Assembly (NCBI RefSeq): GCF_020745735.1
Contig: NC_083408.1
Span: 8,073,131 to 8,137,130 of the forward strand
DNA: 64,000 nucleotides
From: Hemiscyllium ocellatum
Taxonomy: Eukaryota
Direction: 5' to 3'
The notes under the pieces were generated by a model. It saw nothing but the letters and a program-made list of their open reading frames with translations. It did not search any database and had not been told where the DNA came from. How positions within the stretch are numbered: position 1 is the first letter of the stretch; each line of letters starts with the position of its first letter. A program made the position numbers and the translations under genes. Of the stretch, positions 12,901 to 26,872 are shown piece by piece.

Positions 12901-15900
12901 TACTCAATCTGTCGTACACTCCCTCACTGTCACACGTTCTCACCCACACATTCCCCAATGGTAACGCTCACTCCTGCACACACTGCACCGACCCTGAACC
13001 GTCATGATATCTCTCTATCACACTCCTCCACCGTCAAGCTCACTGTGCCCACTTTCACACACCGTTTCACTCACTCTCTCGTCCGCTCCCCTACTGTAAA
13101 GCTAAATCCTCTGCATTATCCACCACTATTATGATCATTTCCCCAGCCAATCCCAATCCAAAAGGCACACTCCGCTGCCCAACCTCCACTGTCATTATCA
13201 CTACCCTGCACACTCCCTTACAGTCCTGCACACGACCTCAACATTGCATTGCTACCCACTGAATCAGGTGACATCACTAACAAGCCCAGGCTCACTATCT
13301 CAAGCGTAACATTCCAAGGAGCAATAGAATGGGGAAGAAGGTTTTAGCAGCTGACAGCTGCTTTACGATTAGAGCTGCATGCTTTCAAGCAATCTAAATC
13401 AGAAGGAGAGATATTTTATTTAATCTGTGCTCTTTCTGTAAACTTCACCATCATAAAATCCACTCCCCCACTTGAAACGCAATCTTGTCCACAATCTAAC
13501 TAACTCTGCTGTATATTCCCTCACTTTCACATTCTCTCCCAACCACTCCACGATAGTCATGCTCACTCCTGCACACACTCCCCCACTGTCATGGTCTCCC
13601 ACTAGTACACTTCTCTACACTCAAGCTCACTATGCCACAAACACTCCACCATCGTGCTTACTCTCCCACATATTCTCCCACCATTACCCTCACCAACTCA
13701 CACTCCCGCACTGTTGCGCTCACTCCTCTGCACATTCCCATAATACCACACTCATTTGGCCACATGATCCAATGCCATTTTGCGTCCTCACCAACATTGC
13801 CTCACCTTCACGGTCACTCCCCCACACCCTCTACCACGGTCACGCACAATTCCCCGCACTCTCCCCTAACATCACGTGCACTACTGGACACCCCCTACCA
13901 TTGCACGCAATCCCCAGCACGATCCACACCGTCCAACCCACACCCTGCACACTCTCAGACATCATACACATTCCCTGCACACTCTACTACCGTCATGCTC
14001 ATCCCCTGCACAATCTACGACCATCACACTCACACCCTGCACACCACACTGCATCACTCCCCTGAACAGTAACCCATTCTCAACCTCACACCTCAATGTA
14101 GCACTCTCTCCTCGATGGTCATGCTCACTGCCCCGCACACATCTCGTCTGTGCTGCTCACCATAGCAAATTCCTCAAGAGTGACCCTCAGTGTGCTGCAA
14201 GCACCCCAACGTCATGCTTACTTGCCCGTGCACTACACGACCGCTACATTCAGACTCCTGCATACTCCCCAACTTTCACAATCACCAATGCACACTCTCC
14301 CACCATCATTCTCACTCGTGCACACTCCCTCGTCTTCATGTGCACTCTCTCACAAACTTCTCCAGCGTCAGGCTTCATCAGCTGCACAATTTCCAACCGT
14401 CTCTCTCACTCTCCAGTGCACATCGTTCCCGACATGCTCACCCCCGAGCACAACAGTGCACTGTCATTCTCATTGCCCCATATACATGCCCACTTCCATG
14501 ATAATGCGTCCACACCCCAGCCCACCATCACACTCACTCCCCACACAATTCTCCACCATAATCATTACTCTCCAACACACTCACCCACTATTATGTCACT
14601 TCCTTGCTCCTCCGTTCCCCGTCAAGCTCAGTTGCCCGTATATACCACGCCATTGTGCTTACTCTCCAGCACACTCCCCCACCAAGGCACTGACTGTCCC
14701 GCACTTGACCCAAATATCACTCTCATTCACCCGGACACATCTATAGCATCACATTCACGCCCCCGCACAACAGCTTACCATCACGCTCACTAACTGCGCA
14801 GTCTCCCACCATAATGCTCCCTCACACACAGACCTCTACCATCAAGCTCATCTCCTGCACATTCTCCAGCTGTCGCACTCCCGCTCCCTGCATACTCACC
14901 CAACACCCCCACTTTCACCTCAGACTCCCGCATACAAAACTACCAATATACACAGTCCCCCACACCTTATCCTAACGACCCACTCATTCCTGGACAGTTT
15001 TCACCGTCGCGCTCAGTCCAGAGAGTACCTGCCGACCGGCATGCTCACGCTCAATCTCCCAACACACTCCCAACCGTATCGCTCACTCCCTCACACACTT
15101 CCCACAGTTATGCACACTAATGTGCAATCCACCACCGTCACACTCACTCAACCATGGACACGGAGTCACTCCCCTGCGCACTACCCCACCATCAAGCAAC
15201 ACCCCCCACAATTTCCCACTGTCATGCTCACTTCCACACATACTCGACCACCGCCACATTCACCCCTTACACACTACACCACCGTCAGACTCATTCACCC
15301 ACTCACGCCACGAACATAATGCTCAATCTCGCAGATACGCCACCAACGTCATGCTCACTCCCACTTACACTCCAACTTCATCACACTCACTATTCTGAAC
15401 TTTCACCCACCGTCAGGCTCATTCTTCTTCACGCTCCCTACCATCACAATCAATCCCCCTGCACACTCCCCTACCGTCACACGTACTCCCGCACACACTC
15501 CCATACATTGTGTTCAACCCGCGCACCCACTTCCCAGCAGCTATGCTCTCTGTGCATTCTTCCCGACCATCACCCTCACTCCAAAGTGCACCATCCCACA
15601 GTCATGCAACAATCGTGCACACTCTAACCCAATCACCGTCATTGCACTGCCCTCTCCACCTCAATCATCCTTCCCCACACACTCACCAACTGTCGCGAAT
15701 ACTCCCCCCACACTCCACACTGTCACATTCATGCCCCTCACACACCCCTACTATCACACTCCCTGCCCCAAACACAATCCCACCGTCAAGCTCTCTTTCC
15801 TGCACACACGTCCAATGTCAGGCACAATTCCCTGCGCCTGGTACCTACAGCACTATCACTCCCCATTCGGTACATCATCGTCATACAAACTCCACCACAC

Positions 15901-18900
15901 GCATCCCCGTCTTCATTCTGACTCCAACCCACATTGCCCAATTGTCATGTTCACGTCTGTGCACATTCCCCCACTGTCACCCACACTCCCTTGCACGTTA
16001 CCCGACGGCTCAATCCCCTAACACAAGTCCCAGCCATGGTGCCACTCATCTTCATTCTCGATCAGTGTCATGCTGACTCCCCAGTGCACTTCCTATGCAT
16101 AACAATTTCTCCCGCTCACAATTCCTCTTTGTCACCCTCACTCCCTTTCACAGTCTCCCACCATCATGCACAATCCCTCGCACACTTCCCACAGTCATGC
16201 AAATATTCTGAAGCAGTACGCACGGTCACGGTCACTCTCTTACACACTCCCCACTCTCATGCTGACACCACAGTACATTCCACCATCATCATGCTCACAC
16301 CCATTGGGAGATTTGTAGTAAGCAGAAATCTTATCACATTTTAAAACATGGAATCCAGTTTAGTTTTCGTAGTAGTGTCTGCTTTTACGTTCCCAGGCTC
16401 AGTGAGCTGGCCAAACTTGGAGATGCACTCGCACCTTTTCAGGAATAACTTCCCAGCATGAAAATATTCTTGTTTGAAAAGAATGTATTGTAATACTGAC
16501 ATGACTGACAACAATCAACGAGCACTGTTCAGACAGCTACGTGACTGGGGAAAGTGACCATTCCAAGTGCCACTATACTCCAACTTTTAAATGATTGCAA
16601 ACTATACATCCACTCAAATCTGTGTAATTCTTCAGAGTGACTTTTGACCATCTTTGTCGACTTGCCTCTCCCCATGAACTCATGAATGAACAATCAATAA
16701 CTCAAGGTTTGCGTGGAGCTTTTACGAGTGAGTCGCTCACAGCATAATTTAATGAATCCCCAACAATCTCGTGCACGCTGTCACATCGTCACACTCCCTC
16801 CCTGAGACAAACCCTCACCGTCATATGCACTGCCTGTCACACTCCCCCACTGTCACGTTTACTCCCTCGCACACGCCACCACAGTCATGCTCACTCATCA
16901 TAACTCAACACCACTGTAGTCACCAGCCCCCACACATTTCCCCAACATCACGCTCACTTCCTGCCAAACTCGACCGGCCAGGCTCACTCCCCCACACACT
17001 CGTCTAATACAACGCTAACACCCACAGATGCTCTCCCAGCGACACGCTGACTCTCCCACCTACTCCCTGATCAACATGGTCATTCTCCCAAAGACTCCTT
17101 CAATGTCACACTCGCCCCCACGCTCACTCCATTACCATCACACTAACTCTTCCACATACATCCCCATTGTCACACTCACTCCACAGCGCAAAATCCCATT
17201 GTCATACAGACTCTCCCACATCATGCTCACCCCTGCACTCCCGCCTACCATCACGCTCACAACGATATACACTCCATCACACTCACGCTCACACCCCTGC
17301 ACACTGGACCACCATTGCAATCACACTCCCACCCAAACACACACTCTCCAAACGTCATTCTCACTCACCAGCGAACAGGACAAAATCCCGCTCTCTACCC
17401 CGGTACACTGTCACGGTTATGCTCACTCCACCCATATGCCCTCACATCATGTATACTTTGCCACACATTCCCACACCGCCTTGCTCACTATTCCATAGGC
17501 ACTCCCACCATCTTGCTCATTCACCCGCACACTCCACCACCAACACACACACTCCCCGGCACAAACCTGCTCTGTCACACACACTCCCCGGCACACTCCT
17601 CCAGCTTCCTGCATAATCCACTCCACACTGTCCCAACGTCACGCTCACGTCCCTGCGCACTCCGCCACTAAGGTGTTGACTCCCTTGCACAATGTTCCAC
17701 CATCAGACTCAACTCCCTACCGTCACTTTCAATCTGATGCACAGTCCCTCACCATCGCACATACTCCCCCAGAAACTCCACCATGGTCATGCTCATTCCA
17801 CTGCACACAACACCTTCATCATGCTCACACGCCCACACAATCCTACATCAACATGCGTGCTATTCCACGGACTTCCTAACTGTCATGCGCACTCTGATGG
17901 ATACTCTGCTACTGTCACACTCAATCTCCCACAGTCAACCCCACCATCACGATCAATCTCCTGCACTTTCCCCATATGTCGCCCACCTTCATGCCCATTC
18001 TCCCACACAAACACACACCATCTTGTTCAAACTCCTGCACATTCCCTCACCGTTATACAGACGTCTCCACACGTGCACATACTTTCTGATCACTCCCCAC
18101 ACAATCCCACAACGTCATGCACACTTCCCCACACGCGCACCCATGTTCAAATTATCTTCTCTACACTCACCCCGACCAGCATGCTGACACACCTGCGCAC
18201 ACCCCACTACAATTCTCACTCTACCGCACACCTGCGTGCACCCCACTATAATTCTCATTCTACCGGACCATTGCCACGGTCACTCTTCTGCACACTGTCC
18301 CACCAGCGCATTCACGCTCCAGCACACAACCTAACAATCACGCTCACTCTCCTGAAAACTCCCCCCATTATGCTCACTTGCCCACATGCGACTCCATCAT
18401 CACGCTAAGCCCCAGAGATGCACACGATGACATGCGATCATCTAAATCTATTCACCAACAGTTTTGCTCACTCCACTGCACACTCTAACACGCACACTCC
18501 CCCATCCTCCATCCCCATCACGATAACTCGCCTGCACACTGTACTGCAATCTTCATCACTCACCCACAAACCACCATCATCACACTCACTTAGCCGCCCA
18601 TTCCTCCACTGTAAGACACAGTGCCCACAAACGACCTCATTATCGCAATCTCTACCACGCAGTCGCTCATTTTCACGCTCACTCCCTACCATAGTCATAA
18701 TTGCACCTCCGTGCACACCCGCACCATTACACACACTGGCCCACACACTCCTCACCAAAATGCTCATTTGCCTGAACACTCCACACTATCATGGTCACTC
18801 ATCTACTCATTTCCCTACAGTCAGGATCACTTCCATTCAGGCACCCCCATCGTCACGCCCACTCCCCCATGCACACCTTCGCCATCACCAACTCTCTTGC

Positions 18901-20980
18901 GCTCATGCTACCAGCACCATTCTCACACCTCAGCACACTCCCTCATCGTCACGCTGATTCCCCCAAACATTCCTCCACTGTAATGCTTACACCACCGCAC
19001 ATTCCACCACCATCATGCTCACTACGCTACAGACTCCTCCAACAACACAATAACACCCACAGACACACTCTCAGCGACACACTGTCTCTTCTAAATACTC
19101 TCCCACAGCCTCCCTAAATGTCACACTCGCTCCCACACACACTCCACCACCATCACACTAATTCCTTCCACACTTCCCCCGTCACACTTTCACCCCCAAC
19201 AATTCCCCAACGATGGCACTCACACTTCCACACTCTTCCCTACTGTCAAAGCCCACATCACAATCCGGCAACGTCACACAGCATTCACACAACTTTCACA
19301 AACTCTCCCCGAATGTCATGCTCACCCCCTTCATAATCCAACACCATAACCCTCGCTGTCCTGTACACTGCTCCGCTATCACGATCAATTCCCCGCACAC
19401 GGGACAACCATCACACTCACACCCTAACCCTCATGTACTCTCTCCGACCATCATGTTCACTCCCCCACGCTCATCACGGAATCACGCTCGCTCCCCAGTT
19501 ACACTGCCACTGATAAGCTCACTCCCCCAGACATTCCCCCACATCATATTCACTACACCATACACTTCCTCACTTTCTCGCTCACTTCCATACACACACC
19601 CTCACCATTACACACGTACACTTGCATACTGCACAACCTTCACGCTCACTCCACAGCACAGACCAGTACTGCCACGCCCATACCCCTGCATTCTCCCCCA
19701 GCATCTCACGACATCATGCTCACTCCCCGGCAAATCTCCCACTGTTATGCTCTCTCCTTTGCACAGTGGTCCACTATTGTATTAACTCGCCTGCCCTCAC
19801 ACTCAGTGCAACACACAGACCCTCACCACCACACACACTCCTCCGCACACTCTGACACTGTCATGCTCATTCCGCTGTATAACTCCCCTTTCATCATAGT
19901 CCCTCCGCACAAAATCCTCCATCGTCAAGGGCACTGTTACACACTGCCCACTCGCTTTATGACCATACTCCCACATGTACCTCCAACATCTAGATCACTC
20001 TCCCTTGAAGTAATCTTCACGCCGATTTCCCCCCGACACACACACTCAAATGTTCACTCTCCCGAACAACCCTATCACCATATCCACTCATCCAATCATT
20101 CCCCTACCGTCATGTTCAATTTCCTGCACACACCGTGATCATCACATTCACACATATCCCACATACAACCCATTTCCAGATTCTCTCCAGCACACAAACA
20201 CACATGCACACCAGCCAAATCGCCCACACGCCCGCAAACATACCCCCATCATCACTCTCACTCCTCGGCAAATTTTCTCACTGTCGCTGTCACACTTTGG
20301 CACACTCCAATACTGTCACGTTTCCTCGGCAGCTCACACCCTACGAACACACTCAGTCCCCAATCGTCATGCACACGTGTCCATCATTACACGCATTCCT
20401 CTATACACTTTCCCACCATCATGCTCACTGCCCGTCATACCCCACAATCATCACGCTCGCTCCCCTGTCCACTCTTTATTGTTACACTAACTCCATCCCT
20501 CACTGGACTACAGTTACACTCACACCACTCCACTGTCACACACACTCCACCACCATCATTCTCACTTAGCTGCACAATCCTTCACCGTTATGCTCACTTC
20601 CCACAAACTCCCACACCGTCATAATCACTCTCCCAGACAATCTCCCATCGCTACCCTTACACTCCCGCAGTCTCCCCCACCATCATCCTTACACCCTGAC
20701 AGAATCCCTTTCTATCGTGCTGTCTTCCCCGCTCTCTCCTAAAATATCTTGTTCACTACCCTGCACATTCCCAACAATCACGTTCGGTCCCCTGCACTCT
20801 TCCCCACAGTTACCCTCATTCCCTCGTACATTCCGCCACCAACACGCTTACTCCCTGCAAAAACCACCATCCTAACGCTCCTTCCCGTGCAAAATGGACA
20901 ACCATCACAGTCACTCTCCCAATTTCACGCTCACTTCGCTGCACGCACTCGCATCAACATGCTGACTCCCTTACACTATT

Positions 20981-21102
20981 GGCTAAACAATAATGACTGC
21001 AGATGCTGGCAACCAGATACTGGATTAGTGGTACGTCAATGTTACTGCTCTTCGGATGCTGCCTGAACTGTTGTGCTTTTCCAGCTCCACGAATCCAGAA
21101 TC
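20981..21102. mobile_element. Internally deleted Penelope-derived hairpin mini-element
   Basis: AATGACTGCAGATGCTGGCAACCAGATACTGGATTAGTGG...CCACGAATCCAGAATCT forms inverted ends. Same terminus as 54901-55030. CACTATT occurs on both flanks. Confidence 0.7.
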
Positions 21103-22828
21103 TCCTTCACTATTCCCCACCGTCACTCTGACTCCCCAGCACACTTATCCCGACATACTCACTGCACACCTCACTCCCCTGCCGTTACTCATACTGGCCA
21201 TGCAATTCATCAATGTCGCGCTCACTCCTCCACATATTCCACGACTGACACATTCAACTTCTGCACACTCCCCCACCGTCATTCTAACTTCCCTGCTCTC
21301 ACTCCACCATCACACACATTCCCCCACATATACCTCCACCGGCATACTCACTCCAAAGCACACACAGCCACCATCAATCTTCCTCGTCCACACACTACCC
21401 CTCCATCATGCTCTTTCCCCACTACAGTCCTACATTGTCACCTTCTCTCGCCCACACACACCCCCAATACTACGTTCACTCCAATGCAGAATTGTCCAAT
21501 GATACAAACACTCCCCCACTGTCTCATGCACTCCCCCGCACACAACCATCACACTCACACCCCCACATGCTACCTCACCATCATGCTCAATTCCCCGCAG
21601 ACTACTACAATGTAATGCTCATTCTCCTGCAAGCACACCTCTCGTCATTCTCATTCCTCCGCAGAATTCTGCAACAACCCATAGTCTCCGTCACACATTC
21701 CCCACCGTCACCCTCACTACCCCACACACTGAACCATTGTCATTCTCACTCCTCCAGAATATCCCACCGTCGCACTCATTCCCATAACAAAGCACCACGG
21801 TCACACTCACTCCTCCCCAAAATCTCCACTGCCATGTTCTCTTCCCAGACAATACCTCGCTGTCATGCTCATTCCCCCACACATTCACAGAACGTCATGC
21901 TCAGTCCCTGCAATCAAGACTACAATCACTCTCACTGCCATGCACACACACTAGACCATCACCAGGCTCACTGCCCCACCAATTCCTCGAGCTTCAACCT
22001 CCTCCCCTGTTCAATACTCGAACGTTATGGTTGCTCTCCAGCACACAGTCCCACAATCACAATCACCACTCCATACCGTCACGCTCACTCCACTGTATTC
22101 TCTGCACCGTCAGGCTAACTGGCCCATAAATTCATCGGTTGTTATGCTCACTCCCCTGCGTACTCTTCCCTGTCAATTCCTTTCTTCACACAATCCTCGA
22201 AAGTCACACTCGCCCCCCGCTCACTGCTCACTGTAAGACGTCCCTGCAAATTCACCTTCCATCACTCTCACTCCTCGACAGAGACAGCCACCACCACGCA
22301 TACTCTGTCGCATATTCCCCACCATCAGGCTCCCTCTCTCACACATCACAGTACTGTCACGCTCACTCTCCTCAAATACCCCCAGTATCACACTCACTTA
22401 CCGAATACTCGCTCACCATCACATCCTCTCCTGCAAACGACCTCAGCATCGCACTCACTCCCACATACACTCCTCCACCATTAGTTTCCCTTCCCGAAAC
22501 AATCGTTCAAAGTCTTAATAACTCCCCAGCATACTACTCTCCGTCACACTCACTCATCCATACTTTACCCAACGTCAAACTCAGTCCCTCCAGTCAGTGC
22601 ACCACTATACTTTCACTCTCTCTCTCCCAGGCACTATCTCGCCATTATTCTCATCCACACTTTCTCTCCCACCATCGCTCCCACTCCCCGTACACTCACA
22701 AAAGTCACTCTCATTCTCACGCACACACGCCACCAACACACTTGCATCCAAACCAACTGTCGAACCATCATGATCACTCGCCGCACACTCCCCACCCCAA
22801 CATGCACTCACCACTACACACTCCAGAA

Positions 22829-22900
22829 GCATTACTGGTCTGGAGGGATAGTCTTATGAGGAACAGCTGAGAGACCTCTGCCTGTTCTCATTGGAAAGAA
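22829..22900 (+). mobile_element. Short CR1 LINE ORF2 3' fragment inside the satellite
   Basis: GGTCTGGAGGGATAGTCTTATGAGGAACAGCTGAGAGACCTCTGCCTGTTCTCATTGGAAAG resembles the CR1 GL..SYEERL..LGLFSLE segment also seen at 40330-40410. Confidence 0.75.
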
Positions 22901-23414
22901 ACTGAACAACGATCATGCTCACTCCACCGTACACTTCCCCACAGTCAGACACACTCCCCCACCGTCAATATCAGCGCCCCACTCAAACCCTACAATCATG
23001 GCCACTCCCGTGAATAAACCCCACTGTCACTTTCACCCTCCCATTCACTCCATCACTGTCACTCTCACTATCCTCCACACTTTCCAAATGTCACGCTCAT
23101 GCCCCGGCATTCTCCCCACATTCACTCTCACTGCCGTCACATTATACCACTGTGCCACACTGTCACACATAGTCACCCACACACTCTGACACCATCACGT
23201 TCACTTCCCCGCACAACCTTGACTGGGGAAATCCAGAGGTGAAAGCAATGACAGAAGGTATTTATCCCGACTCCTGACCTCTGGGCCCGTTTCCGAGCCC
23301 TTTCTTGAAATCCAGGATTTGAGGCTGGGTCAGTCTCTCCAGCTCATCTCCTTCAACACAAAGACAAAAAACGATATCGTTCACTCTGCTGTGTGTAACT
23401 TTTTAATGAACATT

Positions 23415-23420
23415 TTTATT
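23415..23420 (-). promoter_or_regulatory. Candidate polyadenylation signal (AATAAA) of the GPCR gene
   Basis: TTTATT on + at 23415-23420, about 210 nt downstream of the GPCR stop codon and just before the satellite. Position only; no transcript evidence. Confidence 0.4.
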
Positions 23421-23627
23421 TTTAACAATTTGAAGATATTGATACAGTGAATGGAATAGTGCCCTTTGTTACTTTCCCCTGAGTTGTGACATACATTGAA
23501 ATGTGTCCCTATAACACTTCAATGGGATAAGGTTGGACAAACAAACGCTATCTTCAGTCCGTTGCCATAGCGACTGACTGCTTCATCGCTGAAACATTGA
23601 ACTGAAATGAGAAAGTTCTGGGTGGAT

Positions 23628-24541
23628 TTATTGATGAGTGTATCTTATTAATTGATGAATTTGGCTAAAGGGATATTTCAGCACATTCACCAGTTGCAGT
23701 CTGAACTTTGTCTGGGTCACCACATAAATAATGCTGTTTGTGCAGCAACTGAGGAGCTGCAGCATGAAGCCCAGTTCGCGCACAGAATAATCTAGATACA
23801 CAGACCCATGCCCAATGTCCCACATCCGTTTCGATATAGAAAACACAGTTAACGTTGACCATAACAGGATGAAATTGGCCGAGATCGCAAACAGTAAAAT
23901 GATGGACTTTTTTCGGTTTCTCATTTCTGTGTCAGATTGAGCGTCCCCACTGATGTGAACTCGGAGTCTCCTGCGGACCCTGCTGGTCACTAAAATGTGT
24001 CTGACAGTGAAAACGTTGAGTAGAAAAATCAGGACAAATGGGAGAGTCGGAGTCAGAATGTGATGGAGGAACTCGATTGCGCCCCAGACACGGGAGGATC
24101 GAACAACGTACATGATATCACAAAAATTGGGGGTGTTCCCCAGCACATATCGACTTGTGAGCATAAAATACCAGAAAATATTCTTTAAACAGCTCAGCAC
24201 AGTCACGGTTCCCAGAACGACAGCCGCTGTTTTCTCATTGCAATATTTACTTTTCAGCTTCTGCCAACAAATGGCCACAAACCGATCAAAGGTGAAAGTG
24301 ACGGTGAACCAGACAGAGCAGTCAGTGGCTGCATAAAGCAGGACAGCGTGGATATTACACACGTGCATGGAGCGCCTCACAAAATAAAACTCTTCCCTAT
24401 AAACAATGGGAATGTGTCTCAGTATCAGGTCGAGGATAATGACCAGTAGATCCGCCACTGCCATGGCCCCCAGGTAACGTCTAACACATGGCGTCAATCC
24501 ACAATCTTTATAAAGCAGGACGTAGATGGTCACTACGTTAA
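23628..24541 (-). CDS. Probable G-protein coupled receptor 139-like (GPR139/GPR142-related class A orphan GPCR), coding exon 2
   Basis: Open frame with rhodopsin-family hallmarks: TM1 Asn (V-N-VVTI), TM2 YLGAMAVADLLVII, extracellular Cys (VCN), TM3 DCSVWFTVTFTFDRFVAIC (DRF), TM5 PFVLIFLLN, TM6 KSIILLFAISANFILLW, TM7 LQLLSCCTNSIIY, helix 8 TQTKFR. Acceptor TCCTTTTCCTTCCTCACAG|TTAAC, phase 1. Confidence 0.93.
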
Positions 24542-25209
24542 CTGTGAGGAAGGAAAAGGAACATTGTACGCTTCAACCTTGAGGTAAATTTACCAGTTTG
24601 ATTGGGGACCCAGTGAGATTTTCAAGTATGTCATTGTATTCAGAGATTTAATAAAATAATTGGAGTTCAAGTAACAAATGGGAATGTCTGAATTACTGAA
24701 AAAAGTGTCATAACACACTAGAAACCGTTCCTCTCCAAACACAGAGAAACACATCTATATGAACAGATGGTTTTCAGTACATTGCCACACACTCGATCAT
24801 TCGAGAGCAGACACAGGCCACTTCTTTCCATTTCCTAATATAGAGCCTGAAAAGTTACCCTCCTGAAGGATATTCTCCCAGTTCCTTGAAGACAAACAAT
24901 GTTTGGAAATTTCTAGATTTTTTACGTATTTGTGGTCGGTCCTGTTTCGTGAAAAAAATGTAAATTCAGGGAAAATGCATTCATCTCTTTAACTACCTGA
25001 GTGGACTTCGGAACAGTGGCACACCTTCAGCGAACGGGATCTATTTCTTCGGGATCTAATTGCTTATTCAAATCACTTACGCCCGGCCGTTCACAAGTAT
25101 TGTCTGGGATATAACTTTCTGGGGAATATCGTGAAATGAATGTTGGGTACAGAATGTTTCGGGGAATCTCAGCTATAGAATGTTGGGTACAAAATGTTTT
25201 GGGGAATCT

Positions 25210-26872
25210 TCCGTGGCTGTACCGGCATTATTCCCCACCTTTTCTTTCACTACATCGATGACTGGAAAGGCCCCACGTAATGTAAGGTGGTTGAACAGTT
25301 CATCAACTTCACAATCGCATTCACTCGACCTCAGGTTCGCCTGGATCATCGCAGACGCCTCCCTCCCCTCGTGGACTATCTCCGACGCCTCCTTCCCTTT
25401 CACAGACGAGTTTAGACACCACACTACCCTCCACTGATCATCCCCAAGATCTCCCAACCTTCCTGGACAATCTTTAACACCTCCTTCTCCTTTCAAGACC
25501 ATCTGGGACATCACCTTCCACTTCTCAGACCATTTTGGACATCTGATTCCCCTTCCCGGGCAATATTGGACACATCGCTTTCCTTGCTGGACCAACTCAG
25601 ACAGGTCACCGCCCTTTTTGGACAATTCTGGACACCTTCCTCCGCTTTCACGACCTTTCCAACTCCATCTCAATCTCCAGCCACTGATTAACCACGGGCA
25701 CCCAGAACAAGCCCACTGACTCCACAGCTATCTGGACTGCACCATCTCCCATTCTAACGCATCTGAAAATGCCATCTCTTTTATTTCCGAATTCCTCCAC
25801 CTCCAAAGCATTTGTTCCCAGGATTATCATTTCTGGCATAGAATATCCTAGATGAACTCCTTTATCAGGGATTGCAAGTTCTAACCGCACGTGGTTTATG
25901 ATTTCCTCCAGTGCATCCTCTCCACTTACCGCACCTCTGCCCTCGAATGCCACCCTTGCAAACGCAGCAAGGATAGACTCCCCTCATCCTCAAGTTCCAT
26001 TCCACTTATCACTGTATACTTCACATTATGTACTGCCAATTCAATCAACTACAAACAGACACAAAACGAGAGTATTCTGTTCCGTCACAACCCCTAACAG
26101 TGTTCCAGAGACACCATTCCATCTGCAACTCCCATGTCAATTGCACGCACCCACCAGAATTCACCCCACTCTTGGCACCTTCCACTCACACAGCAGAAGG
26201 TACAAAGTCTGCGCCAACACCTGACAGTCAGCTCCGTGCAATGCCCCAAACTATCCTTCCACGTCCAACAGAAATACACCTCTACCTCCACAAATGTAAT
26301 CTACTGTATCGATTACACCCAATGTGGTCTCCTGTACATCGGAAACACAGGATGCCAACATGCGGATCATTTCAGAGAACACATGTACCAACCAACGCCA
26401 CTGACGCTTGGCTGAACAGTTGTACGCCCCCTTCCAATCCACCGAGACCATTCAGGTCTTGATCCTCCAACATAACCACACTCTTACCAACCAACGCCTG
26501 GAGAAATAATGCCTCAACTTCCCCCTTGGGACCCTGCCATTACACTGGATTAATAGGGATGTCACTAGTTTCCTCACTTGCACTGCACATCCTGGACCCA
26601 TGACCAAGCCTCTAACTTGCAGCCACCCATCTTGTCCTGTCCATCGATTGCTCACTTATCAGGTCAGCCCTCCACTCCAACCAATCACTTATCCCCTTCC
26701 TCATCTACCTTCGCATTATCAGCTACCTTCCCCAGTTCCATATCCATCCATTTTTCTTTCAGCACCCCGCCCACAAGTTTCATTCCTGACAGAGGGCATA
26801 TGCTTGAAAGGTCGATTCTCCTGCTCCTCGGATGCTGCCGGAACTGCCTTTCTTCTCCAGCACCACACTCCT
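25210..26872 (+). mobile_element. Old, 5'-truncated Penelope-like element (RT C-terminal half, GIY-YIG, 3' end)
   Basis: GIIPHLFFHYIDD at about 25224-25262; STNVIYCIDYTQCGLLYIGNTG (GIY-YIG) in ORF 26134-26415; terminal region with degenerate hammerhead CCTGACAGAGGGCATATGCTTGAAAGGTCGATTCTCCTGCTCC. Homologous to 34912-36456. Confidence 0.85.
25341..25660 (+). repeat. Minisatellite (about 10-11 copies of 30-31 bp) amplified from Penelope RT coding sequence
   Basis: GGACCA-like anchors at 25343, 25373, 25404, 25435, 25465, 25496, 25527, 25558, 25589, 25620, 25651. The unit matches the single-copy TGGACCGTTTCAGACTTTTCCCTCCCCTTTC at 35161. Confidence 0.8.

Larger units (their letters stand above)
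7860..23215 (+). repeat. Satellite B: highly diverged tandem repeat, about 31-bp unit (consensus about CCCGCACACTCCCCCACCGTCATGCTCACTC)
   Basis: Near-identical adjacent 31-mers at 9241-9271 and 9272-9302 (TCACTCCCCGCACACTCCCCTTCT[C/G]TCGCAC). CATGCTCACTC and GCACACTCCC motifs recur throughout. Confidence 0.88.

Noticed and set aside
1927-23189. Dozens of His/Thr/Pro/Ser-rich ORFs up to 333 aa
   Set aside because: They overlap in all three frames and arise because the G-poor satellite strand rarely forms stop codons. Unit lengths 34 and 31 are not multiples of 3; no domain signal.
905-23215. Telomeric or interstitial telomeric repeat
   Set aside because: No tandem (CCCTAA)n arrays; only scattered CCCTGA/CCCTCA words inside longer units.
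25071-25140. GTAAGT donor-like site (minus strand) as a nearer GPCR exon 1
   Set aside because: Upstream translation shows no TM1/YYP-like sequence, whereas 48719-48857 fits both phase and family motif.
7860-25660. Satellite B derived from the 31-bp Penelope minisatellite
   Set aside because: Same period, but similarity is limited to C-rich composition; no convincing alignment.
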